A stretch of DNA of 64,000 nucleotides from Amoebidium appalachense (lineage: Eukaryota > Protista > Ichthyosporea), in NCBI GenBank assembly GCA_963693365.1, contig CAVNZM010000002.1, positions 16,773,615 through 16,837,614 of the forward strand. The letters are read 5' to 3'. Positions 1 through 27,835 of this stretch are shown here, piece after piece (positions within the stretch are counted from its first letter, which is position 1; the number at the start of each line of letters is the position of its first letter). The notes beneath the pieces were generated by a model. The model saw nothing but the letters and a program-made list of their open reading frames with translations. It did no database searches and had not been told where the DNA came from. The translations under genes were made by a program, and so were the position numbers.

Positions 1-194
1 ATCGCCAAATGTAGTTTGATAGACCACATAATACCACAACACACACACGTCACATTCACAACAGACACCCAGAAAGATAGCCTACCTGTAAATTACAACA
101 TCCTTAAGCTTGATTCTATACTAAACACGCGTAACTACGACCTGTTTATTAGATGTATTGATTGGCTTGAGAAACACATCAATACAAAATTCTA

Positions 195-266
<72 letters not shown>

Positions 267-1556
267 CCAGCTGATAAAAAAAAAAAAAAAAAAAAGAAAA
301 AAAAAACGGGGAACCCCCAACCGTTATTTTTCTTAGTCTGTATGGTGTCTCGTAGAGAAAGTAAACCCTGATATATAGTCATCACCCGACATCTATGTAC
401 GTGATCATGATATACCGCTGAGGGGATATTCCGAGCAAACCCCCCCCCCATAATTGAGACTGGTCTCTCTTTGCCTCGAGTAAACAGCGTAAACCCCAAA
501 CCCCTACTTTTCCCCCCTACTTTTACATGTATTCCCCCCCCCCCCCCCCCCCCCTCCTTTTTTTTTTTTTTTTTTTTTTTTTTTGCGTGCCACAATTTCC
601 CACCCAAGATTCTATGTTTGACTGATATGTGCGATCGCGCGCGAATAATTGGTCGATGCAAGATATTTTGAGATTGCAATATATCTACTTTTCTCATTAT
701 TCTTTGTTTTTATCCATTTTCATTATGGTGGCAATACCATGGTTAGGGTGTTTGGTTTATCCCTTGGGGGTGGATATATGTATACACAGGTAGTACATAT
801 CAAGTTCGAAGAAGGCCTCTTCGTGGCTGGGCGGCTTTTCCAATGGAATTCATACACAGTGGCTGGCGGCACAACTTTCTTCTGACTGCATATTTAATTT
901 ATAATTACCACCATTACTTGGTACTGTATGCACCGGGCATACTAGGAATATGTAACAAGCACATACATTACATCACACACGAGTCTGCATTCGTGGCCGT
1001 TGAGAAGGTGAATGCCGGGAGTTTTTATATCACCGACAAACAGTATGGAAATCACTCAACTTGACGACACTCAAGGGTACTACTAACTGGGTTCAACAAA
1101 TATATAATATAATTAAATAATCCACGTTGACATGATAGGTGGTTGCTCCAAAAACGCAGAATCTAATACCCTGTTATGGTAATGACTCCATATATACTGA
1201 AACGTACATCTAACAAAACATGTACGATCAAAGGCCCTCGACAAACGATAATAAAAACTATGCTTATAGAAACAATATCATTACGTCACCACTACACTAT
1301 TTCCCTAGCGCACTACCAACATCACCTTTACGGTGTTATAGTTACAGCCAAGTAAAAGACTTCGGAACTTGCCTCCCCCCCCCCCCCCCCCCCCCCCCAA
1401 ACACACACATACACACTCTCCTTCACCAGGACAGTCACACAGTAACACATTCTCTTCATCTATACACGAGTACAACTTCTCGACTCGAATCGAAAAAACA
1501 TGTGGAAAGAACAAGCAATACCTATTCTGAGGCAAAAATCCGAGGAACATTATGAT

Positions 1557-14316
<12,760 letters not shown>

Positions 14317-14902
14317 TCTCAATTATCTGAAGCTGAAAAACAAAAAATCCCCGTGGTAGAAAAAACAAGAATGACAACTGGCACCAGGTAGTACGTCCAG
14401 CGCTCTATGTTATCTTTTGTCACCTGCGCCCTTCTCTTCGCGATCGTGCCTCGGGTAAGGCTGAGCGCGTGTGCATGCGAAGTGTACGTGTTTCCAGAAG
14501 TGAAATCCTGCGTCTGTCAGTGCGCGGGTGCAAACGTACGCGTGTGGTTGTGCACCTCAATGTGTGCACGTGTGAGACTGTCTCTTCCGTCTGCTTTAGG
14601 CGTTTCGGGCCGTGCCTGAGTCCACGTCACACTCAAGCTTGAGCTCCTTGCTTGCAACAGTGTTCTTGTTTTTTCGAAGTTTGTTTTCGATCGACACAGC
14701 GCACCAGATGACGACATGATTACGTCACTGTCTCACGCGTTGATTGGATCATGTTTGCCTTTTCTCCCTTTTATGGCTATTCTTGGTTCGCGCCTCGGGA
14801 GTCACCAGGAGGCGAAAGGCCGCCAACTTGCCAACTTCAGCTGGCCGCGTGCGTGTCAACAACAAGCCAGAAACATGCACAAGCATTACATAAACTAAAG
14901 GT

Positions 14903-14911
14903 ATATATAAG
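14903..14911 (+). promoter_or_regulatory. TATA box upstream of the intronless membrane-protein gene; region divergent from TOM1
   Basis: TATATATAA ~150 bp upstream of ATG 15054; inverted CCAAT (GATTGG) near 14742. Confidence 0.45.
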
Positions 14912-15053
14912 CTAGGAGTCCTTAGCAGGGTAAAACAGCCCTAAAAGATTCAAAGGAAGCCTCGCTGATACACCCTTTTTCTTCTACCTCCAACTCCCTC
15001 TTCCCGTGGCACCCGCTACCCAGCTCACTGTGTATACTGGGCAACCATCAAAC

Positions 15054-15488
15054 ATGCAACTGCAACTGAACACGGCAGTGGCGGCCGAAGGACTCTTCTG
15101 GTTTGCAACAGCGGGGGCTGCCGCTGCTGCGTTGAAGCATCTGTTTACGCCGACGTCAGTTTTCAAGGAGCTCACTCCAGTTGCTCTGAGGGAGGGAGGT
15201 GAAAAAGACAAGCAAGAGGCAAGCCCAGAGGCCTTGTGGTGGGGTGGTTATGCATTCTCAGCCATGAACGTAGGGACAGCCTCTTTTGCTCTCTTTGGAG
15301 CGTACAAGCAGAATCAGGCTATCAAGCAGGCGTATCTTTTTGGCGTCGGGGTGATGTTTGAGTGTTTTGCTCTTGCTTGGTGGACGAGAGGGAGCATAAC
15401 GGGAAACAAGAACCACAAAAAGCAGAGTGGAAAGATAGCAGCCTTTGGTGCCTTGTTCTTGTATGGGTGTGCCATTACTCCTGCTTAG
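15054..15488 (+). CDS. Intronless small multi-pass membrane protein (~144 aa), unknown function
   Basis: Repeat-free ORF from aaacATG, MQLQLNTAVAAEGLFWF...FLYGCAITPA, with about four hydrophobic segments and an upstream TATA box. Confidence 0.7.
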   Translation: MQLQLNTAVAAEGLFWFATAGAAAAALKHLFTPTSVFKELTPVALREGGEKDKQEASPEALWWGGYAFSAMNVGTASFALFGAYKQNQAIKQAYLFGVGVMFECFALAWWTRGSITGNKNHKKQSGKIAAFGALFLYGCAITPA

Positions 15489-15886
15489 CCCCTGGGTGGG
15501 TTGGAGGAATGGATTTGGTAAGAGTTATGTTGGGGACGAAAAGCAGGTGTGTGGCTGGGATGAACAAGTTGTTTATTTATGTGTATGTAAAGGTTTAGGG
15601 TGGAAATTTCTGCACCTGCGCAGGAGTGGATGTACATAAGCCTGCACCTAGATACTGTACACGAACGTGCAAGGTAGCTGTGTGTGGATCGAATAACAAT
15701 TAAAAATTAGGGATGCAGAATCATAAAAGCAATTCGGTCTTTAAAAAGATCCTGGCAATTATGATCACTGAAGGACACCAGCTACTGGTGTGACGCATAA
15801 TGTTGACCTTTCACCCCTACTGCCACCCACACCCGCACGTTGCACACTAACAAGGATGTTCCCCGTAGAAGGTGGTAGTGGTGTGT

Positions 15887-15937
<51 letters not shown>

Positions 15938-16344
15938 CGTGCGCGCACGGTGTGTGTTTGTGTTTTTTATCGGAGGCCCCTGGGGAGAGGGTTGGGGAGG
16001 GGGGGGGGGGGGGGGGCTGGAGAATGTGGTACGCGGTCACGGTATGCATAGTACAGTACTGGCAACGAGGGGGTTATCAGAAAGGGAAAAACGGGCACAA
16101 ACTAGTTCTTTTACTCGGCTGAGGGGAGGGGGAATTAAGGTTTCGTCCTAAGGTGGAAAGACACGATAATGTTTGCATATTTCCTATGTCGTGCACTCTG
16201 CAGTCGTGGCTGCACCTTCCGAGTTACTCGGTTTATGTGCTTATGATGTGTGTGTTCTGCTCGCCTCCTCCCTCCAAAAGCCCGATTGCTCGGGGGGCAA
16301 AGTTGGGAGGTGGGGGGGGGGGGATGGGGACGGGGAGGGGGGAG

Positions 16345-16648
16345 GGGAAGAAGCATGTTCGAATATTTCACACAAGAAAGGGAAGAAGGGGGGGGGGGGG
16401 GGGGGGAGGGGAAAGAGAAGAAGAAGGATGTTTGCATATGCATTTCACACAGCGGGAGGGGGCGAGGGGGGGGGGGGGGGGGGGGGAGGGAGAAGAAGGA
16501 TGTTCGAATGTCTCACACAGCCAGATAGGGGGAGGGGAGGGGGGAGAAAGCAGGATGTTTGAATTCACACAGCGGAGGGAGGAGAAGGGGGGGAGAGGGG
16601 AGGGGAGGGGGGGAGAGGAAGAAGAAGGATGCTTGAAAAGTCACACAG

Positions 16649-16705
<57 letters not shown>

Positions 16706-16745
16706 GGTGAACAAGAAGGAAGTCAGCCTGTGAACATTTCACACG
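16345..16745. repeat. Degenerate ~60-bp minisatellite: GAAGAAGGATGTT...TCACACAG units separated by G tracts
   Basis: About six copies of the motif alternating with poly(G). Confidence 0.6.
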
Positions 16746-16985
16746 GGGCCCCGGAATGGGTGTGTGTGTGTGTCGGGGGGGGGGGGGGGGGGGGGGGGGG
16801 GGGATGTTTGGACATTTTACGGTGAGTGCTATAAACAAATATGGAAATATCATATCGATAGCAATTAAATAGATAGAGCCAAGTCCGGTGCTTTGAACAG
16901 TGATGCACACTAATATTAGCTACCTGGCGCGCAGGGGCGGGTAGAGCAAAGCACTGCCAGGGTTTGGGGAAGTCGCGCGCGCGCG

Positions 16986-17360
16986 CGTGTGTGCACGTGT
17001 GTGTTGTGTGTGTACATCTTCAGTCAGTGTGTGTGTGTGTGCACGTGTGTGTTGTGTGTGTACATCTTCAGTCAGTGTGTGTGTGTGTGCACGTGTGTGT
17101 TGTGTGTGTACATCTTCAGTCAGTGTGTGTGTGTGTGCACGTGTGTGTTGTGTGTGTACATCTTCAGTCAGTGTGTGTGTGTGTGCACGTGTGTGTTGTG
17201 TGTGTACATCTTCAGTCAGTGTGTGTGTGTGTGCACGTGTGTGTTGTGTGTGTACATCTTCCGTCAGTGTGTGTGTGTGTGCACGTGTGTGTTGTGTGTG
17301 TACATCTTCAGTCAGTGTGTGTGTGTGTGCACGTGTGTGTTGTGTGTGTACATCTTCAGT

Positions 17361-17375
<15 letters not shown>
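16986..17375. repeat. 42-bp tandem repeat x9
   Basis: GTGTGTGCACGTGTGTGTTGTGTGTGTACATCTTCAGTCA units; 14-aa periodicity in the ORF track. Confidence 0.9.
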
Positions 17376-17404
<29 letters not shown>

Positions 17405-17702
17405 ACACACAAGTGGAGGGGCTGGGTGTGTGTGGGAGGGGTGGAGCACGTATTGGGGTTGGGGAGGGTTGGGGGGAGGGGGGGGGGGGGGGGGGGAGGG
17501 AGAGGGTATATATTAGAGAGTGCACGGTACTGGCCGGGTATCATAAGATCTACGTAGCCATTACAAAATCATGCATGCAAGAAAACTACATTTGTAAAGG
17601 AATGCTGTAACGACGATCATCGTAGCCAAATGCATCAACTTCACTCACACACTTTGATAACATGAAGCAATGAATGTTGAGGGCATCTTCACCGAAGAGG
17701 AA

Positions 17703-17735
<33 letters not shown>

Positions 17736-18264
17736 GATCTCTTAGAGAGTAATATTTATCCCCGCAGCCAGAAGGTTGGAGGATGGGGAGGAGGAAGGGG
17801 GGGGGGGACGGGGCGCACAGCTCAGCATTATTAATGGACATGTTACCACAAATGTTCTGTAGTGGCTAGCTACTATTTATAAAAATCTCACCTTTATTAT
17901 GCTCAATTCGTCACCTTAAAAATATTTCTGCCACACTGAGTCCCTGATATTTAACTATATAAAATGCGCATTAGATCTGGCAGTCTCTGCCACGCACAGA
18001 AAATTCAAGCTGCTATATATCTGTTATTAATGATGGCCGACATTGCCATCATCCCACATATCTTCATATCATTACCAAAGTAACCTGCCCTATGTATTCA
18101 TGTTTGCTGCATACAACTGCATTATGTACACAAACACACCGTTAATTCTCACATAACCTTCGGAGTAAACAATAGTTGCCATAGTTGCCTTTAAAAGAGA
18201 AACACCATAGGGTTAAAAACAAACAGTCACAGTGTGTATGTGTGTTTTAACTCTACCATCCGTT

Positions 18265-22222
<3,958 letters not shown>

Positions 22223-23078
22223 GTTTGCTGTCTTCACAACGCGTGGCCTCCTTGTACTGCTGCCTTCTTATTAGGTGTTACCTGACCTAGTTTTAGTCGT
22301 GCACACCTACACAGATAACAGAAACTCGTCTCAGCTGACAGGAGGTTTTTGTTTTATGGGCCAACTGCGGGAGTGCGCAGAACTAAATCTATGGTTCACA
22401 AGTCTACAGCGGAACACCCTGTACTGAATATTTGAGAAGAGATCTTTACATTGTTTTATATACTCGACGAGAAGCATGACGTCATTGTCAATGAAAGACT
22501 AGCTATCGCCTTCTTATCAGTAAGCGAAGTAAGCTTGCACAGTACAGGGTCTGAATTTACCGCCAGTAGTCGCACTGAACGGTATCGGTGAACAACATGT
22601 GCGGACCTGTTCACCATCATGTTGCTTGGAGAGTCTCTCTCTTCAAATTACAATGCTAAAAATATGATCATTTATTTTAGACCGTATGATCTTGATGGTT
22701 AGCTAGCACCGAGTTGCGACTTCTGCCCACCGCATACGGTGTGACTAATAATTGTAATACTGTTTGAATTCATGATCATAGCGCTAGCATGATATGTACA
22801 CGTGCACGTGGGCATGTGTTTGTGTACATACATTTCCACTATTGTTCGAGGTTTTAACGCAAAAGCAGCAGAAATGGCGCAGGCCATAGCTGCAGGCCAC
22901 AGGGAGAAGAAGACTATCTATCTACATCCAGTTTTTTATTGTTGAGCACCGCATGCCAACTCTGCCAGAAGGCTTTCCTAGGCAAAGAGCCCCGTTGGCA
23001 TGACGTCAGCATTACTCATCATAATGATGAATCCCCAAAGACTCATCTGTCTGGGCGAATCCGGTATGTGTGAAACAC

Positions 23079-24341
23079 TTTTTTTCTTCTGACTGGATTT
23101 ATTCGACGGAAAGATATGCAAGTATGCACGGCATATACTGAGAAGACAATAAAAACTTCACGAGTTATCCGGTAACAAGTGCATACTGAGATACCTGAAC
23201 GCTGTGTGGAAATCATATAAATACTCTTTGTGACGACCAACAGAATTCAACAAAAAGTCTAAAGTGTTCACATTGCCAGCTAGTGTAGCAGACACCCGTA
23301 GGGAAAGAGGTAAAACGCAAGAATTTTTTTCTTTTCTTTTGACTGGATTTATACGACGGAAAGATATGGCAAGTATGCACGGCATACTGAGAAGACAATA
23401 AAAAAAACTTCACGAGTTATCCAGTAACAAGTGTATACTGAGATACCTGAACACTGTGTGAAAATCATATAAATACTCAATGTGACGACCAACAGAATTC
23501 AACAAAAAGTCTAAAGTGGTCACATTGCCAGCCAGTGCACAGTAACTCAGACACCCGTAGGGAAAGAGGTAAAACGCGACATAAAAACTCACAGTCACCT
23601 ATCAACATGCTTGCGATTAAAAGGTTCAGCACAAAAGTGGCACCAGCGGCGATGAAAACAAAAATTACAACGCCACTGCACAACTTCCCAGGCAATATCA
23701 ACATCAGAGCACCATACAGACTTATCTACTAGGGTGGTATCCATACGTACAGCAGGAGAAATATATCCTGCCAAAGCCCCCCAAAAGCGATAATGATCAG
23801 TACGGTGTTGCTTAGTAAGGAACATAACACATGCCGACTGAGTTTTACCTTTGATTTCGCTATCAGAACGAGAAAGAAACTTATACTGCGTATGGTAATA
23901 ACGCGAAAAGGCAGAAAAAACAGGAAGAGAAAAGAAAGAGGGAGTGAGATAGCGAGAGGAAGAATCAGGTTGAAAGAGGGTAGGCTGAGGACATTCAGAA
24001 GTAGCGTTGGTGAAATGGGGGGGAAGAGGGATGGAGGGAGGGGGGGGGGAAAGAAAGCATAACGAGGGTGACCAACAGGTATCCTTATTATAACTAGATG
24101 AAAGCAAAAACGAAGAGACAATTCCTCCATACGACAAACAGCAGGCGACAATCCAAACATACTGATTGAGGGAGGTACAAACCGAGTACGAAACAAAGTG
24201 CGCAGCGCTATACCCTGAAAATCGTCGAACTCTTTCAGCGCCACGGCCGCCTCGCGAGGTGAGGCGCAGGCCAATAGCGGAAGTCCATATTCGATAGTCG
24301 GCCGTAAAAAAGTTTTATAGTAGAGAAGAAGGTTCGCAAGA
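23079..24341 (-). mobile_element. 3' fragment of a non-LTR retrotransposon (same family as 27836-30516), with its last ~250 bp tandemly duplicated
   Basis: Near-identical reverse complement of ~29505-30515 (YKTFLRPTIEYGLPL..., HRRWCHFCAEPFNRKHVDR). The 3' end with A-rich tail occurs twice (~23079 and ~23323). Frameshifted. Confidence 0.9.
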
Positions 24342-24419
24342 ATTTCATTTGGCGGCTCCTTTGCTGAGTGTCTTTGGTCTTCGGCCGGCAAGTCAACGTA
24401 TGAATGAATTAGGCCTTCG

Positions 24420-25003
24420 ATTTTGTTTTCATTTGGCTAGACTCCCTTCTTATCATCCTTTGGTGCAATTCTTTCCTCCTTTAGTACCTGTTCCCATTTC
24501 TTGAATGTCTGTGCGAAATGTCCTATGCCCAATCTATCTCCCATTCAGAGATATCCTTTTAGATATTTATCTCCTTTATTCTTCTCTTCCACTGTCTATC
24601 AGCAGTATGTTACTTGTTTCATACTCAATATCCTTTGCTTCACCATGTTGATAAAGAGTATCATGGTAGGACTCTTGAGCCCGTGCTTCTTTTATATTAG
24701 AGACTCACCTATTTTCTTTACAATCGTTGTGTAAATTAGCTACTTATATTCATCCTTCCTCTCGTAAACCTACCACTCTTACTGATTTTGCCATTCTAAC
24801 CCCTTTAATCTTGTGATATTGCTTGGAAATGTTTATTTTGGCGTTGTAATCTTTGTTTCCATAAATGTTTGTGCCACTTTTGTGCAGAACCCTTTTCTCG
24901 TAACCATTAAATTAGATATATGTTATTATTTATCTCAGATTGTTCCGTTGGAAGTTAGAAGACTGGCTTATTTAGATAACCCTAATTAAAAAAAATAAAA
25001 AAT
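24420..25003 (+). pseudogene. Older, diverged C-terminal fragment of a related LINE
   Basis: Broken frames give FRYLSPLFFS, LATYIHPSSRKPTTLTD and DIAWKCLFWRCNLCFHKCLCHFCAEPFSRNH, colinear with SRYLTPSFFS, LAGYISPAVRMDTTLVD and DIAWEVVQWRFNFCFHRRWCHFCAELFNRKH in 29573-30433. Ends in an A-rich run. Confidence 0.75.
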
Positions 25004-25134
25004 AGTACGTCTATTGACTATCTGTTAGATCACCGAATGTATAATGAGTTTTCTAGGGTGTATGATTATCTAAGTCGTTAATATCTTATCCGTATCCGAG
25101 ATTTAATAAGGTTTTCTTGTATTTTTTTTCCCCT

Positions 25135-27771
25135 CTTGACTGGGATTTATTGATCAGTGGTCCAGTGGATATGAAGTCAAGGTGCAGCCACAGGCTACAT
25201 GACCACCAAAATAACCGACTTCGAAAGAGCCACAGCGATGAAATAAAGAATAAAACAACAAGTGACCAAAGGACACCAGCGGGCAAAGGTACTAGTACAA
25301 GTGCACGTGTATGCGTGAAACTAGTTTGCTCAAACTAGTCGTATGCAGCGATGATGACCAGGCCACACTCCGAAAGAAGACATCATTACTGAATGCAGAC
25401 CAATCCGAGCGAGAAAACAATCCCAACGGGCCCGTCCCCTAGAAAACCCGCAGAAGCTGTCTCTCCAACTCTTTGATAAGGCAGTGGTTTAGTTGTGGCA
25501 GGACACACAGGAAACACAACTACAGAATCAGGCATGCAAGCAAACCCAGTCATTGCCATACTGCTGAAGGCTGAAAACTTTGAACACGGCAGCCACAAGG
25601 AAAGCTCCTCGATGACCCAGTAGCTACCCCTCCACTCACGCAGCGCAGAAGCAGTTGAAGAAGTTGCAGCAGCCCACCGCTGTCATGTGCTGAGCTGATT
25701 CGTATTAGTTTGCTTCTATAATTCGTGTTTTGGTGAGTGAATTTCGGGGGTTTTCTTGCATAGTGATGCCGGGGTCTAAGTGGGGTATGAGGAGATTAAT
25801 CAGTGGTATGGGGAGAACCTGATGCGGCGGCGGCTGATTGTTAAAGGTGCGCGCGTGCATGCACCATGCCTCTGCGTACTCTCCATGTTAAATGTTGTAT
25901 TGCTTCTTGCTGTGTGCTTGGCGAGACCCATGTTGCCTGCTCGCGTGTGTGTATGCTTATATGTATTGTGAGTAAACGTGTGTACGTGTTGTAGTGCTGT
26001 AGGGGTGTCTGAGGTCGCGGTAGCCAATGGTGTGGAGTGCGTGTAGTCTGTGGGGGGAGGGAGTGTTGTGATTGGCTGAATGTCACTGTGGTATTTGTCT
26101 GGCCAGTGGGCCGCGTGTCTGTGAAGTGTCTCGCGGGGTCGCGGGCTTTTGGAAGTTCTTCTCAGAACACAAAAAACTCGCTTCCCACCCAACTCAAAAA
26201 AAAAGTTTATACGTATACACAGTTTCGAGCCCCTTTAAGCGTGCAGATAGTTAGAGTAGTTTGTATACACTCTGTTTGTTGCCACGACAACCGCCTTGGC
26301 AATAGCTCGCGTAGAAGCGTAGATAGCGTGTAGAAGTCACCGGAAGTTGCAGTGGGCCACCAGATGTCGAAGAAACCACTCCTCAAGCGAGAAACTCCGC
26401 AGAAGGGAGATGTCCCCACACTCTTACAGCAGTAGGAATAGACAAGGCCGCACTACACACACACAGTGTCACGTTCCCCTGAGTGGGACCCCTTTCCACC
26501 ACAAAAAGAAAAAACGAAAGCCTTTATATACCTGCCATGGTGAAGAATCGGGAAAAAAAGTTGACGTGACAGCTAAGAGATCAAAGTAAAAGTGAAGCTG
26601 TATTTCTTCGCTGAGATATCTGCGATATCTCGATTATCTCTATATTGACGAGAATATCAATAAAGTCATTATAAAAAATAAAAAAATTCATTCATTTCGA
26701 ATTTCTTTCCAGCAGCGGGATTTAAGCCAAGTGAAATTCCGTCACATCAATAGTGTGCTGCATGCAGACTGCACGCTTTCCTGCATATAAAAAAATGAAT
26801 AAATTTATACTATTGGGGGACTCCGAGGTTCTGATATCATAGCGGGGCTATATTTTTCATTTCACTTTCACTTCGATCTCTTAGCTGTCACGTCAACTTT
26901 TAAAGTTTCCCGATTCTTCATCATGGCAGGTATATAAAGGCTTTCGTTACTTCTTTCAAAGTTTTGTGGTGGGAGGGAGTCCCACTCAGGGGAACGTGAC
27001 TGCAGCGTGTGTGTGGTGTGGCCTGGTGTATTCCTACTGCTGTGAGATCGGAGTGTGGGGGCATCTCCCTTTCGCGGAGTTTCTCGCTTGAGAAGTGGTT
27101 TCTTCAACGCCTGGTGGTCCACTGCAACCTATGGTAACTTATATACGCTGTCTACGCTTCTACGCAACCTATTGGCGGTGGGCTGCTGCAACTTCTTCAG
27201 CTACTTCTGCGCTGCGTGAGTGGAGGGGCGGCTACTTGGTCGTCGGGGAGCTTTCCAAGTGACTGCCAGTCCTTAGCCTCCAGTCATACTATTATGGCAA
27301 TGACCGGGTTTGCTTCAGTGCATGCATTCTGTAATTGTGTTTTTCTGTGTGTCCTGCCACAACTAGGCCACCTTATCAGAGAACTAGATACAGTTTCTCC
27401 AGGTTATCTAGGGGCGGGCCCGTTGGTGTTTTTTAGCTTAGATTTGGTCTGCATTACTCTTTTAGAGGCTGACTTCAAGTTGCTTGCTGTGCCTCCGTAG
27501 GTTTTGAGGGGGCCTGTTGGGAAGGAGCAGTATTGATGTCCTCTTGCGCAGTGTGGTCTGGTCAACATCGATGCGTATGACTAGTTGGAGCAAACTAGTT
27601 TTACGCATACACGTACACTTAAGGTTTTGCCCGCTGGTGTCCTTTGTCACTGTCTTGTCGCTTTGTTTAAATATATTTCGTAGCTTTGGCTTTTTCAGTT
27701 CTATTGGTGGTTATGTAGCCTGTGGCTGCACATTGCCTTCATCAACGGATCAATCATCAAACCCGAGTCAA
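25135..27771. repeat. Large imperfect inverted repeat: arms ~25135-26620 (interrupted by a solo LTR) and ~26832-27771, ~210-bp spacer
   Basis: Colinear reverse-complement blocks, e.g. GTGCAGCCACAGGCTACAT, GAAGAAGTTGCAGCAGCCCACCGC, ACGAAAGCCTTTATATACCTGCCATG, AAGTTGACGTGACAGCTAAGAGATC. Confidence 0.9.
25681..26289. mobile_element. Solo LTR (609 bp)
   Basis: Starts TGTCATG and ends CACGACA; 5-bp TSD ACCGC (25676-25680 / 26290-26294). The opposite arm of the inverted repeat shows the empty site (GCGGT at ~27176). Confidence 0.85.
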
Positions 27772-27835
27772 AAGAAATTTTTTTCATTGTTACTGGTAAG
27801 TTAGGTAAATGTTGCACACATGTGAAAAACTAGAC

